DNA of 46,316 bases from Rotaria socialis. Lineage: Eukaryota. The stretch spans positions 372,001 to 418,316 of the forward strand of contig CAJNYD010000449.1 of NCBI GenBank assembly GCA_905331295.1, given 5' to 3'. The position numbers and the translations under genes are program-made. Shown here in pieces: positions 24,893-37,344 of the stretch. The notes beneath the pieces were generated by a model, which saw only the letters and a list, made by a program, of their open reading frames with translations, had not been told where the DNA came from and did no database searches. Numbering within the stretch: the stretch's first letter is position 1; each line of letters begins with the position of its first letter.

Positions 24893-25878
24893 ATGAAATC
24901 AATATACTTATTCATTTATTTTATTCATCAATGTTATTCGGCTGGTATTATGGATCATGTTATTTATGCTGTTAATTGTGGCGGTGAAGCACATACAGAT
25001 GTAAATGGTATGCTGAAAAAATTTTAGTTTGAAAAGCAGGAAAAAATTGTTTGCTTTGAAGGTATAAGATATCGTAAAGACTATCTTAAAGCTGGTATTA
25101 ATTCTGATTATGGACGTAATTCATTTATAAGTCGTGTAGCAAAAGAAGACATGATACTTTATCAAACTGAAAGGTATGATTTACAAAGTTTCTCATATGA
25201 AATTGATGTTATTGATGATGGAGATTATGTACTTTGGCTGAAATTTGCAGAAGTTTGGTTTAATGCACCAAATATGAAAGTTTGTTCGACTGAACGATAA
25301 ATTTATATTGATACAATATCATTATTTTTTTTCCATAGGTATTTCAAATATTACTTAATGATGAGCACTCTGTTATCGATGAACTCGATATATTTGCTAA
25401 AGCTGGTCGTTCAACAGCTCACGATGAATATATTCCATTTCAAATAAAGAATGGTCGTTTAGTTCTTAAATCTCGTAGTTCATCTTATTCAGGAAAATTG
25501 AAAGTTACTTTTGAAAAACTTGACGGCAAAGATAATCCAAAAATTAATGCACTTGTTATATGGAAAGGATCCATTGATCGTATGTGTATACTTTATAGAA
25601 ATACTCTTTTCATTTGATTCTAGGATTGTTGCTTTTGTTATCTTATAGAAATTCCAAAATTACTGCCAGTTGTGGAACCAGAAACTCCGGAAGTACCAAC
25701 AGAGTTAGAGGATGAAGATGAGGCACCAGCGAAAGCTGCACAAGTAAAACGTAGTTTGAAACCAAGTGGACCAAAAGTTGTTGATCCATATACAGAAGAT
25801 CAATCAAGTTCATTGATGCCACTACTTATTGCTATAGCTGCTGTTATTCCTGTCATTTTTTGTTTATGCCGCTTTTAA
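24893..25878 (+). CDS. MLEC: Malectin (ER glycan-binding lectin)
   Basis: Exons 24893-25007, 25062-25279, 25339-25579 and 25649-25878. Signal-peptide-like N-terminus, VIYAVNCGGEAHTDVNGIRYRKD, LYQTERY, LKFAEVWF, AHDEYIPF, DNPKINAL, an acidic linker, SGPKVVDPY and a C-terminal TM segment. Confidence 0.96.
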
Positions 25879-26151
25879 ACTACAATTTATTTGTTCAACA
25901 ACAAAAAAAAACAAGTAGATCAAAAATTTGTTGACGAAATCCTGAATAATTAATTGACACGCATAGCTTTAGGATATTATCAATTTCTTTCTTTTTCTTG
26001 AACAAAACAAAAAAAATGCCTTTTTTAATGATAATAACATTGACCGATGTTGTAGGTGCTCATTCCATCAGCAGTTCTAACGTTCTCATTGTGCTTGTGT
26101 TTGTTTGTTAACGATTAGAAATAAAGAAAATTCAGGTACATTTTATTTTGA

Positions 26152-27482
26152 TTATCTTGTTTTGGCGTTAACAACTGCCCAAGGATTCGTAGGTGCAACT
26201 GCAGGATGTAGAAGATTTTTATGTACAATAGTAATTGTTCGATCGTCTCCACGTGACTTAGCTATAGCAATTAAAATATTAAGGATATCATTTGTACAAT
26301 TCGGATTGTCCCATATGTCGAGTTGTTTTAGTTGTTCACATTCAGATACAAGACGTACAATCGTATCACCAGTATAGTTGTGATTGCCAGAAAGTATCAA
26401 TTGAATAAGATTATTTGAATAGTATTTTATTAAATTATTCAAAGTTCGGTCTGTTAAATGCTTGCAATATGATAAGTCAAGAGATTCAATTAATGGGCAT
26501 TTCTAAAACAAAAAGAATTGAATGGAATTAATAAAAATTTTGTTTTTCGTCGATTATGAATTTTACGCGTATAATTTGTTCACAATAATGATCATTAAGT
26601 ACATAGCCACAGCTTTTTAATGAAAGCACTTTTAAATTTGTACATTTGGTATATATGGCTTTGATGCCTGATTCTAAATTTTTTTTAAAGTAGAAAATTG
26701 CTTCTCAAGTTTCTTTTGAAAGAAAAAACTCTATTCATGCCTGTTAAATAAATTCCATCAAGATCTAAATGTTCCATTGTTGACGAAAGTAAACCTTGCA
26801 ATTTTTTACTAGTTAATTTACCATTTCTTTTAATACGATGAATTATTTCACTAAATAAAATGACAAAAAGAAAAACTGTTTCTACCTGTGAAAATCTCCT
26901 TTCTAAAATTACTTCAGTAAAAATTCATCTGGAAAACCTTCGAAATCATAGTTGTCAACATTTTCACAAATATACTCCAATGCTAAATCTAATAATCGAC
27001 GTATCTGAGTTTGTCCATGATATGGATTCTAGAAGATTGTTATACATGAACTTAATTTTTTACTGAAAAAAACACATTATTCAACATACTCGTTCAAATC
27101 TTCGACCATAGGCTGCTCGAACGTGAACTCCATTAGTACGTCTTTCCCATTGATATCTTGGTGTTTTTCTATAAGAATATGAAGTTTGAATTTCCCCAAG
27201 TACTTCATTTTCAGTATATTCTCTGAGAAGTGTAACTTTCATAAGATCCTCTAACAGAATCCAGCCTTTTGAATAAATAAATAAAATTAATGAAATTAAT
27301 TTTTTTTATTGACAACAACATATACCTTCATCAACTCGACAACCTTCTTTTTCTGCTCCATATCGAAGTATATAAGCAAGTCGTTTACCTAGTTTTAATT
27401 GACGTCGTTCATATTGTCTTACTAAACGACAATTATCATCATGTTCATTATGTCTTTCAACTGCATCTGTAATATTGAGCAT
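26152..27482 (-). CDS. 338-aa fusion protein: Tpt1/KptA-like N-terminal RNA-lobe domain + BC-box-like segment + cysteine-containing LRRs
   Basis: Exons 27482-27326, 27265-27090, 27028-26913, 26850-26741, 26673-26567 and 26502-26152. Introns are 60-67 nt, phases are consistent, and one donor is GC. N-terminus: LGKRLAYILRYGAEKEGCRVDEGWILLEDL...TPRYQW...HVRAAYGRR. Middle: RRLLDLALEYICENVDNYDFEGFPDEFLL. LRRs: LDLDGIYLTESGIKAIYTKCTNLKVLSLKSC, IESLDLSYCKHLTD, LIQLILSGNHNYTG, LKQLDIWDNPNCTN. Confidence 0.85.
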
Positions 27483-30400
27483 TATCTTCTATTTCGTTAT
27501 TTTCTATGGCAAAAACTGTGACTATGTAAGATCAAAAAACGACATTTTCGCTTACATTATAATGTATTTCTATGAGTCATTAAGGAACGATAAAAAAAAA
27601 TATTAACTGAGAAACAAATGGTGCAATAACCATGTTTCATCCATTGCATGCAATGAAATGAAATTTGCTACGAATTGAGAATAATTTCATAAGCTTATAA
27701 CCTTTACCAATGATAATTTTTGATGAAATACATATCGGAAGAGCATGTAACATATAATTTAGGGTCCCAAAAATAGGTTTGAGTTGCTGGATTATTATTA
27801 TTGATAATATCGTTTTTAATGGCATACTGTCATGGAAAATATTTTTCAATGAATCTGACGAGAGTGCAACATTCTATACATAAATTTTAATCCGTTTGCT
27901 ATTTCAATAGCGAATAATTCGAAGTTTAATTATATTTCATTAAATAATCGATAGCTATTGTTTATTAGTTCATACCAATTAGTTATTTAGTTGTCGGTGT
28001 ACTAAATCTAATGCAATTTTCTCTTTTTTAAGCTTCTTAATAATTGAGTAGCTAACCAATGCAAGAACTTAAATCGTTAGTGTGATCAATCATTAAAATA
28101 ACGTCTATACCACTATTAAAATGATTATATGGAAATTTCAAATGTGATTTCAAATGATGAACATCTAATTAAACTAGAAATATTAGACTACTTAAATGTG
28201 TGATAGATTGGCATTTGAATAAAGAGAACATTTATAATCTTTAGTATTTCACTGAAAAAAGTATATCTATACAGTGAACGTCAATAGTCAACTAACAGAG
28301 ACTTTGCTATTGATCATCGACGATGAGAATCTTGCAAATTATCAAGAAAAAAAAAATAGTTTATTACTACTTAAAGTTTATTATTTTACATCTCTGAATC
28401 GATCACTATGCCTCAACATACTTCTATGCCAGTTAATCTAACTTGACAAAAATTTCTGGACAATGTTCATACACCTATCAATAGTAAGTACTAAATTAAT
28501 ATGAAACAGTCGTCATTGAATAAGCGAGTGATCATATTTAAATAATTACGCTACCAAATATATTCGATAAATAAGCATATTAATAATGTATCAAGACAAC
28601 CATCAATACCAATCCAGAACTTGCCGAAAATCAGCTAAAATTGTTAACTTCTCATGTTGAATTTTACGAGAAATATAATTAATATGAGCATCAAAATTCT
28701 TTTTCAGCTTAAACACATGAAAAGCAAAAAAATTTAAAGTAATCTATATGAATTAAGTACTTTGGAAAATCATATTAATCCAAAATATCATTTTATAAAC
28801 ATATTAAACGTTTTTTTTTGTCTGTATTCTATCCAAAATTAATATTTTACACATGCATTAGTCGATCTATCTGTCACACGATAATCCAGTCGAATAGATT
28901 ATGATGTAACATGTGAGACAATATATTAAAATCGAATATATTTCTCATTAAAACATTGTATGACAATCGTCAAATAATCCACACAGAGAGATTTTCTTCT
29001 CATATTATTGAAAATACGTCGTCTGATACTACATGCATATCAAAAAGTAAAATGTACGTGATTCTAATTAAATATAGCATACAAAACTATTGCGAGTCAC
29101 TACTTCTTAATACATTCATTTTCATTAGTCATTTGCTAATATTCATTCAAATTTTTTGTACTTATTTGCTATCTTGAATCAAGAAATGTATGTTGCGATG
29201 TGTTTCTTGTTTTATTGAATATTTATGTTTTGAAAGAATCGATCAATGATAACAATAAAAACATCAGATAAAATGTTTCAGGTTCAAGTAAATTTCTTTT
29301 TCAAATATTATGTATATCACATTTTAATGGATTTCATTTAGTATGAAAATTTGTTTTCGAGGGATATTTTTTTCTTTTATTCAATTTTAATGAGATTGGC
29401 ATAACAAGTATCCCATTGATATTTATCGTAGCTGCTGAAATTCTATTCAGCAATATTTCGATCGAGTATCGATATTCAATTAATTTTCTAATTACAAGTC
29501 AAATTATTTTAACTAGGATCAAACTAAATACTTGGAATAGCTAAAAATAATCATCGCCAACAAATATTTTCGTTGGATTATTCGCCTATTGGATTATAGA
29601 TCGATAATTATAGGTCGTATGGGACTTGAACGAAATGTCGATATAAAAAAAAAATTTTTACATCACATATTATGATATTCAGTTAAAATAGAGAATTCTA
29701 AACAACATGATGTCATTTAACAAAATGTGTTTCTTGAATACTTGCAAGGAATTGTAGAAAACCTAGCTGTCATTTTCGATCTCAAACAAAGCATATTTGA
29801 AAGGTAACCTTTCAAAAAGAAAACATTTTATTTCAATAACATAAATAAACAGCTTTTAATTTTGAAAAATAATCAATTTAAAATTTAAATGAATTTGCTT
29901 TTATCTTTTTTGAACTGAGCTTCTTTTTAAGACTATGATCAGCCTTCTAATTATTGATATCGATCAGACAATAGGGAATATCAATACAAAAAAAAATGAA
30001 AAAGAAAAGATCAATATTCTGATCAGATCACTAGAAACCTTCATTTACAATACAATTAACAATATTGAATGTTTCATGTCATAAAAAAAGGTGTTTTGAC
30101 TCAATTGGCAATTGTATATCATACTCTGATAAGATTTCCCTAGTTTACACCTTTTTGGAAAACAGAAGAATATAGAAAGCTGTTACTTTCGACTCGATAT
30201 TAGTTGAAACGAAAATTTCATACATTTTTCGAATTCAAGTCAAGGATTTTTATTTTCAGTAACTAATTATTATTCGATTTTAATTTTTCGTAGTATATGC
30301 TAATTCTATTAGCCAGGGAGCTCATTTATGAAACAAGCTTATTTCATTAATTGATGATTAATTGGCTATTGATTTTCATTATAAAAATAAAGAAAAGAAA

Positions 30401-30601
30401 AAATATTGAATATGATTGGTTCCGAAAAACATTTTTCTGTTGTTAAACGACGAATGCTCATTTTTCTCTCTCTCTCTTTTTTCTCCTATTAATTGTTTGT
30501 TTATATTCAAGTATAGAAAAAGCACAACACTTACATTATTCATTTTGATCTTTGCCTAGTTGTTTGTGTATACAACCGCACAATAATTCTCTCTATTGAA
30601 A

Positions 30602-31646
30602 ATGCAATCGATGCCAAATAACTGTAAGTGAAACTCATTGTCATTTCACATAATTTGTTAGTCAACACTCACAGCTTGACTTCATTTCGTATTTATCTAT
30701 CTTAGTATATTATCAACCAAATTCTGAATACGAACAAATAATGAATAAATATCCGTTTCACGATTCGGGCATTGCTGATGAAGGTCTTTCCGATGAAACT
30801 GGTTCAATCGAAGAAGAATATCGTAAACAAGAAAACGATAAAGGTATGTAAAAGTTCAAAAAATAGTTTTATTATTTGAAATCTTTCTATTTCGAGATGA
30901 TAATGAAATACCAAAGAAACCAAATCCATCGTATTTAGAAATAATTGCTGAAGCAATCTTAAAAGCACCCAATCGTATGATGCAACTATATGAAATTTAT
31001 AACTATTTTCAGCGCAAGTAAGTTATACTTCATTATTTTCTTACGAACAACTATACTCTAAATTTAATTCAATTTAGATATCGTTATTTTGCTGAGGATG
31101 TGAATAAATCATGGAAAAATAGTGTAAGACATAATTTGTCATTAAATGATTGTTTTGTTAAAGCAGGACGAGGATCAAATGGCAAAGGACATTGTAAGTA
31201 ATTTAATTATATCGATGTATTATTTACAACTACTGATTTTAGTTTGGCGTATACATCATCTGGCAGAGCCAGAGTTCGAGCAAGGTCGTTTTCGACGTCG
31301 TCGTTATCGTCAAGAGATGCGTCGATTGAATATGCAAGCTTCATCCATGCATGAATCATCTTATGTGCATCAATCAGTACCTCCATTTTATTCACCTTCT
31401 ACAAATCCATATTATATGTGTTCATCAGCTCCACCTCCGTATCATGCAATTTATTCAACTCCAAATACTTCTACAGAAACTCACGCAATAAGTCCACCGG
31501 CGTTACAAAATGGTTGTTTGTCATCATCAACACCAAGTCCCTATCCATTTTATGATCAATATTCCGCACATTACTATCCAACACATTATAATTCAATGGC
31601 TTCGTCATATGCAAGCCCTAATGAATCAATGAATTTCGATGCTTAA
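30602..31646 (+). CDS. FoxQ2: Forkhead transcription factor, FoxQ2-like
   Basis: Exons 30602-30623, 30706-30843, 30897-31017, 31078-31193 and 31243-31646. The forkhead domain reads [15 protein letters not shown]...LYEIYNY...[34 protein letters not shown]...[11 protein letters not shown]. The NGKGHxWxIH...FxxGxFRRRR wing is typical of FoxQ2. Confidence 0.88.
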
Positions 31647-34600
31647 ACTGACTTTCTTGAATGATTTTATTTCTCACATTGTACATTTTTTCTTTGTGAA
31701 ATAAAATTAGTAGTCTACATTTGATACTCATTAATGAAAGAGATAAAGGATGAGCGTGAATGATAAGCGTAAAAAGCTCAAATCGATTAGTTATGTCAGT
31801 ATGACAATGAAATGAAAAAAATATTTTTCTTAAATTACTTAAACGAGGATCAAAAAGGAAGACAATTTCTTCATAGGAAAAGTCAAAATAAAGAGATAGT
31901 GTGAAATCGTTGTTTTTCTGTTTAACGACACATTTTGTCCATTGTCGGTATAGAACAAAATGGCTTATCGAAAAAGAGAAACTTAACCCGTAGGCTGTTG
32001 TTCTACTTAACACGTAACTCAACGTCATTTCTCAAATTAGATAAACAACAGCAGGAGACATACGTATGTCTCTTTAAATTCACGCTTAAGATTAAACCAT
32101 TGTTTTTCATATGTAGACAACGTTTGTTTTATGTGCAGCTAAAGTGTTCGTTATGGAGATTTGAAATAATTGAAGCAAATCTACTCAAAAAAAAAAATGC
32201 ATACAAAATCTATTGCAGGGAATTTTCATTTAGACTATCTTATCTATTATGAGAGAAATAATGATTCTAATAGTTATTGATTTGAAGATTTTTATCACAA
32301 ATAAAATATGCGTATTCTGAGTTCTAGCCCTATGTAGAACGAACCTTTCAAATATTAATGCATTCTCCTTTTCGATATAGTCAATTCACTTTGACCATAA
32401 TATTGATTAATAGTAAGAAAAAGAATGATTTCTTTTTAAAAATTTTTTGCAGCAGAAAAACATCAGTAAATGATTTTTCATTGAATTTCTTTTGTCTATG
32501 TAATTGAGAAGAAACCTTCGGTTGTATTTACTGCTTTGCTAGTTGAACATATGAGAATACTAACATTGAAATATAAATAACGGATATCAACATTCTTTAG
32601 AAGAAAAAAGAATCATTGTAAAATCCAACCAATAGTTTTCTCTTATGAAATAAATCATATAGATAGTGAAGTTCATCGTTTGAATAAACTAAGAAATAGT
32701 GCATTCATATTGGATATTAATCAAATTTACTTTTCATTTCGATGAAATAATCTTATACACTGCTCCTGTTTCAATGTAACGAATTATGTTGGATTTCAAC
32801 GATATTCAATATTAAGGTTAACTAATATTTTCGTAGCACATATATAAACTCTTTTTTTTCAATAAATATTGGCTACTTTATTTTATACAATTCTATAGAC
32901 ATTTTATAAATCTGATCAGTGAAATGAAATATATCTTTATCGAAACGGAAGTTAAAAAATATATGGAACAAACAACTTTTTTATTCAACAACCAACATCA
33001 AATGATATTTCTGATAAAAATTTTAAAACTCATATAGGTGAAATGAACAATGGGCGAGAAAGTACGATTGAAAGTTGAAGCTTTCGAATCGCGTTTCTTA
33101 CAACGTAATCCTTCGTGTTTAAGAGAAATATTAGAATGAGCTCATGTGTAAATTATCTTAATTTTTATTAAATGGAATCATTAGATTATTCTATCTGTCA
33201 TAGATGAATTAATCTATTATTTATGCTCGTTGTATATTAAGCGTTTATTCGTTACATAAGTTATACATAAGAAAGCTAACACAATCTTGTAAAAGAATAC
33301 TGTTCTTATAACGAAATGAAAACATATTTCTTTTTTCTATCAATCAACTTTCAAGACTGAAATTCTCTATCATTAGTAACCATTCCATTTTGGTATGTAA
33401 AAAGTACGAGAGTGACAATAGTTTTAGTCTATTTTTTTTCGAAAAAATGAATAACTATTATCTAACATATAGTACATTATAGAAAAATCGAGCAATCACA
33501 GAAAAAAGAGCTGTTAGATATAGTAATAGTTGAAGATCTGTCAATGTCTAATAATCAAATAACAATAGAATCATTCGAGCTTTTTTCTTAAATTTCTTAT
33601 GAACTTCTGAATGAATATTCTAGGTTGTAAGTCAACAATACTCCTTTTGACAAAATGATCAATAGTTTAATAAATATTTTTTTAATTTTGATGAGTTACC
33701 GTAAAGTAAACGTTAGCTCATAGATACAAAACAGTCTGTTATTCTCATGTTATTGTAGGTCATTTTACATGATTTCTCAAAACTGAATACAGTATTTCAA
33801 TAAGAAATATTGAAGTACAATTCTTAATGCAAGCAATTAGCCTGAAAGAATCTGAAATTTTAATAACATCTAGCAGAATTAGAATTTCGTTCTCGAGGCC
33901 TCTAGTTGTAAAGAATACCTTGTTATAAAAGATACAAACGAAAGTCTAGTAAGGGTAATAAATCAATGAGTGATTTATTTTCTGTTGTCTATCTACAATT
34001 TTTCTACTAAAATTTCACGAAAATGTCGATTGAGAAATTAGACTTATTGCTTGTGACAAACAGATCGCAAATTAATTCAATAGGTATAGAAGAGTACTTT
34101 TACTAAGATAAACATACTTTTTGGTGAAGGCAATAACAATGACTCTGACCATACGTCGCAGCGCTTGTCTGAATTCCAGCGAAAAACTTATTTGCAAAAG
34201 AACGACCTTCTCGAGATTTATCAGGACACTGCGATATATGACTCTGACACATAACAGACAAGCATATGACTAGTGCCAATAGTATATTTCATAGTCCTAG
34301 CAATTCATGAAGGTAAATATATATTATCATATCAACTACAATTCGCCTATATAGAAACCAAAGACAAAGATAGCGAGGTATTTCTTCACACCAAGAAATG
34401 CTATTATGTGGATGTGGATGGATAATATACTGATATGAAGAGAAAAAGAAGTAAACCTTCGAATACTTTTTGTTTTTCACAATACACATCAAGGAACGAA
34501 TTCCTTGTATCTATTTATTGTGATATGATGATCGATCAGTTGAAATAATAGTTCTCATGGATATATATGTATGAGTCTTATTAATTGGAAAATTTTATAG

Positions 34601-34954
34601 TCAATAAAAAGAAATTATATTAAAAAGCATTCGTACAAACATGATGCAGGCAATTATTGGCAACTAAAAGAAAAACAATATTACTTGATGAACTATTCTA
34701 TTTGGATCGATTATACTGTGATGTCGACCTAAATTACAATGGTAGCTCACGCCATCTTTCAGTCATATTTTGCTGATCAACTGAAAAACCAATGAATCAA
34801 TAGACTGTTTTTTGTTGGTTCTCATTCGCTTTGTATATATGACCAATCGTATTCCGGTGTCGGTCATCTAAATCTAAAAAAGTAGAGAGATAGTCTGAAT
34901 CTGAACAAAAATACGTCAATACCAACGGAGTAAGAGAAAGTCTTGATAGTCCAA

Positions 34955-35287
34955 ATGGCAAAACATCATCCAGATTTAATATTTTGTCGTAAACAAGCTG
35001 GTGTTGCAATCGGTCGTCTTTGTGAAAAATGTGATGGCCGTTGTGTAATCTGTGATTCATATGTTCGTCCAACCACACTTGTGCGCATTTGTGATGAATG
35101 TAATTACGGTTCATATCAAGGTCGTTGCGTTATATGTGGTGGCCCTGGCTGTTCAGATGCTTATTATTGTCGTGAATGTACAATCATGGAAAAAGATCGT
35201 GATGGTTGTCCGAAAATTGTCAATTTAGGAAGCGCTAAAACAGATTTGTTTTATGAACGAAAGAAATTTGGATTTAAAAAGCGTTAA
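34955..35287 (+). CDS. PHF5A: PHD finger-like domain protein 5A (SF3b14b/Rds3), 110 aa, intronless CDS
   Basis: [39 protein letters not shown]...[27 protein letters not shown], the near-invariant family sequence. The ATG is at 34955; the ORF track starts earlier at a TTG. Confidence 0.99.
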   Translation: MAKHHPDLIFCRKQAGVAIGRLCEKCDGRCVICDSYVRPTTLVRICDECNYGSYQGRCVICGGPGCSDAYYCRECTIMEKDRDGCPKIVNLGSAKTDLFYERKKFGFKKR

Positions 35288-35359
35288 ACTTATATTTTTG
35301 ATGTTTTCTGTGTAGTAAATAAAATAAAAAGTTTCTTTTGTGTCTCGTTCTAGATAATT

Positions 35360-37344
35360 ATGGAGCGAAAACGTAAAGTAACTTTTAAAACTGATGAAGA
35401 ATCAGATCAAACGAATAAAAAACAGAAGAAATTTACAAATGAAAGTGGAAATACGCGTCTACACAGTGGAAAATATACATTAGACAGTGATGAAGAAGAT
35501 GAAGAGGAAAAAGACAATGCTAAAATAATGAATTCCGATGATCTTGATGGTGAGTCAAAGAAAATAAATATTGATGCAGAGTAAAGCAAAATAATAACTA
35601 ATTTTTTTTTGTTTTAAACAGATATTGGACAAGAACAAGCCACAATTGGTTTCGATAATGATGTTAAAATTACTCCATTCAACATTGACGAAGAAATGGA
35701 AGACGGACACTATGATGAAAGTGGATGTTTTCAATGGAAAAAAAAGGATGTAAGTAAAATTTTAATTAGTGTTGTATTTCTTTGTTTTATAAACAAGTGA
35801 TTTTTTAGTTAGTTCTGTGATAGTTTTTGTTTCCACGAAGAGATTATATTTTGTAGAACTAACATTTAAGTTTCAAGAAAAAAACAAGTGTCGTACTGAA
35901 TATATCAGATGAATAAATTTAATGTGATAATGTTTAAACGTAACCGTAAAGAATTCTAATTGTTATAAATCTCAGAGAGACAAAATAGTTTTCATATTCA
36001 TTTATTATGTTGAAATGACCGAAATATATTCAAAAAAGGCACTTAATTTCATTTGCTAATCGCCTCCTGTGTGAAGTAGAAGATTCTAGTTTTCGTTTGA
36101 ATCTGTGTTATTTTTTAAATAGTTAATTACAAAGATTTTTTGTAAAATCGAAAAACATCTGATAGTTTAAGATTTGCAACGGAAAACTGTGAAAACTTGT
36201 CATATATTACTCTGAATATACCAAAAAATCTTCTAGTCTTACGAATAATAAATAAAAGTATTTAATATAAGAGAAATTGTGTAATGATATGTTGATCGCT
36301 CTATCTATTTATTACGACTACATGACTTGCCTGAATCTGATTCTATTGTGGAATGACAAATTATTGAATTTTTCTTCAATGTAGATCTTTTTTTCTCTTA
36401 TGAATCAATTATTAACAAATTAAAATTCTAATCTGATGATTATTGTATTTCAGAAAGAAGAAGTTCATGATGCATGGCTTGATGAAGTCGATTGGACTAA
36501 TGTAAAAAATTACAAGTTAAAAAACGCTCAAGGAACTGACGACAATATTAAAAATTCATCAAATAATGATGATGACGACGATGATGGTGATGAAACAAAT
36601 GATAATCAATTCAATGAAATCAATGCTTTAAAATCTATTCTTGCACTCATGCAACCTGGTGAAACTGTTGTTCGCGCAATAAAACGATTTGGGGCAGCTG
36701 CAGCAAGGTAAACTAATTTTTATTTTGCTTTTCTTTGCATCATATGATGTTTTGTGTTTTCCAGTAATAAATCTAAGCAACGCATAAAACAACGAAAGCC
36801 ACTTCCTGGTGAAATTCCAACTGCATTACCTGCTGAATTAAATCCTGAAGAATTGAAAAAGAACAAACTTTTACTTGAAGAAATGACTGGTCTTGCCGAT
36901 CAATTTGTCTCAAATGGTCAAATTGATATTTATCAAGAAACCTATGAACAACTTAAAACAAAATTTGATCGTAGACAATCATCTACTTCTAGTTCGACAA
37001 CGAATCTAGCATTTGATATGTATGGTGACAATGATGTTTCTTCATCAATAACAAATTCAACATCATCAAATAATAAAAATGGTAGATAAATTTTTTACTG
37101 TCATTTCATTATCATATATCATTTGTTTCGTGTTTTGTTCTTGAATTTAGAAGCACCGATTACTTATTGGGAGTATACAGCTGATGACAACAGTAGTATT
37201 CAAGGTCCATTTACAACTGAACACATGGTTCGTTTAACAAATACTGAAGGAAAATTAGACAAGGATAAAGTTCGTTGTCGTCGTGTTGGCACTGAACAAT
37301 TCTATACTATAAAACGTATTGATTTTGATCTTTATCTAGATTAA
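35360..37344 (+). CDS. CD2BP2: CD2BP2 / U5-52K (Lin1) spliceosomal U5 snRNP factor
   Basis: Exons 35360-35549, 35622-35749, 36454-36707, 36765-37081 and 37151-37344. Motifs RKVTF, YTLDSDEE, ITPFNIDEEMEDGHYDESG, DAWLD, MQPGETVVRAIKRFG, DIYQETYE, FDMYGD, and a C-terminal GYF-type domain ending RIDFDLY. Confidence 0.95.

Noticed and set aside
26024..26093. Possible extra terminal exon (HNENVRTADGMSTYNIGQCYYH*) for the Tpt1-LRR gene
   Set aside because: An in-frame TAA at 26154-26152 precedes it and only weak donors are available; left as 3'UTR pending RNA-seq.
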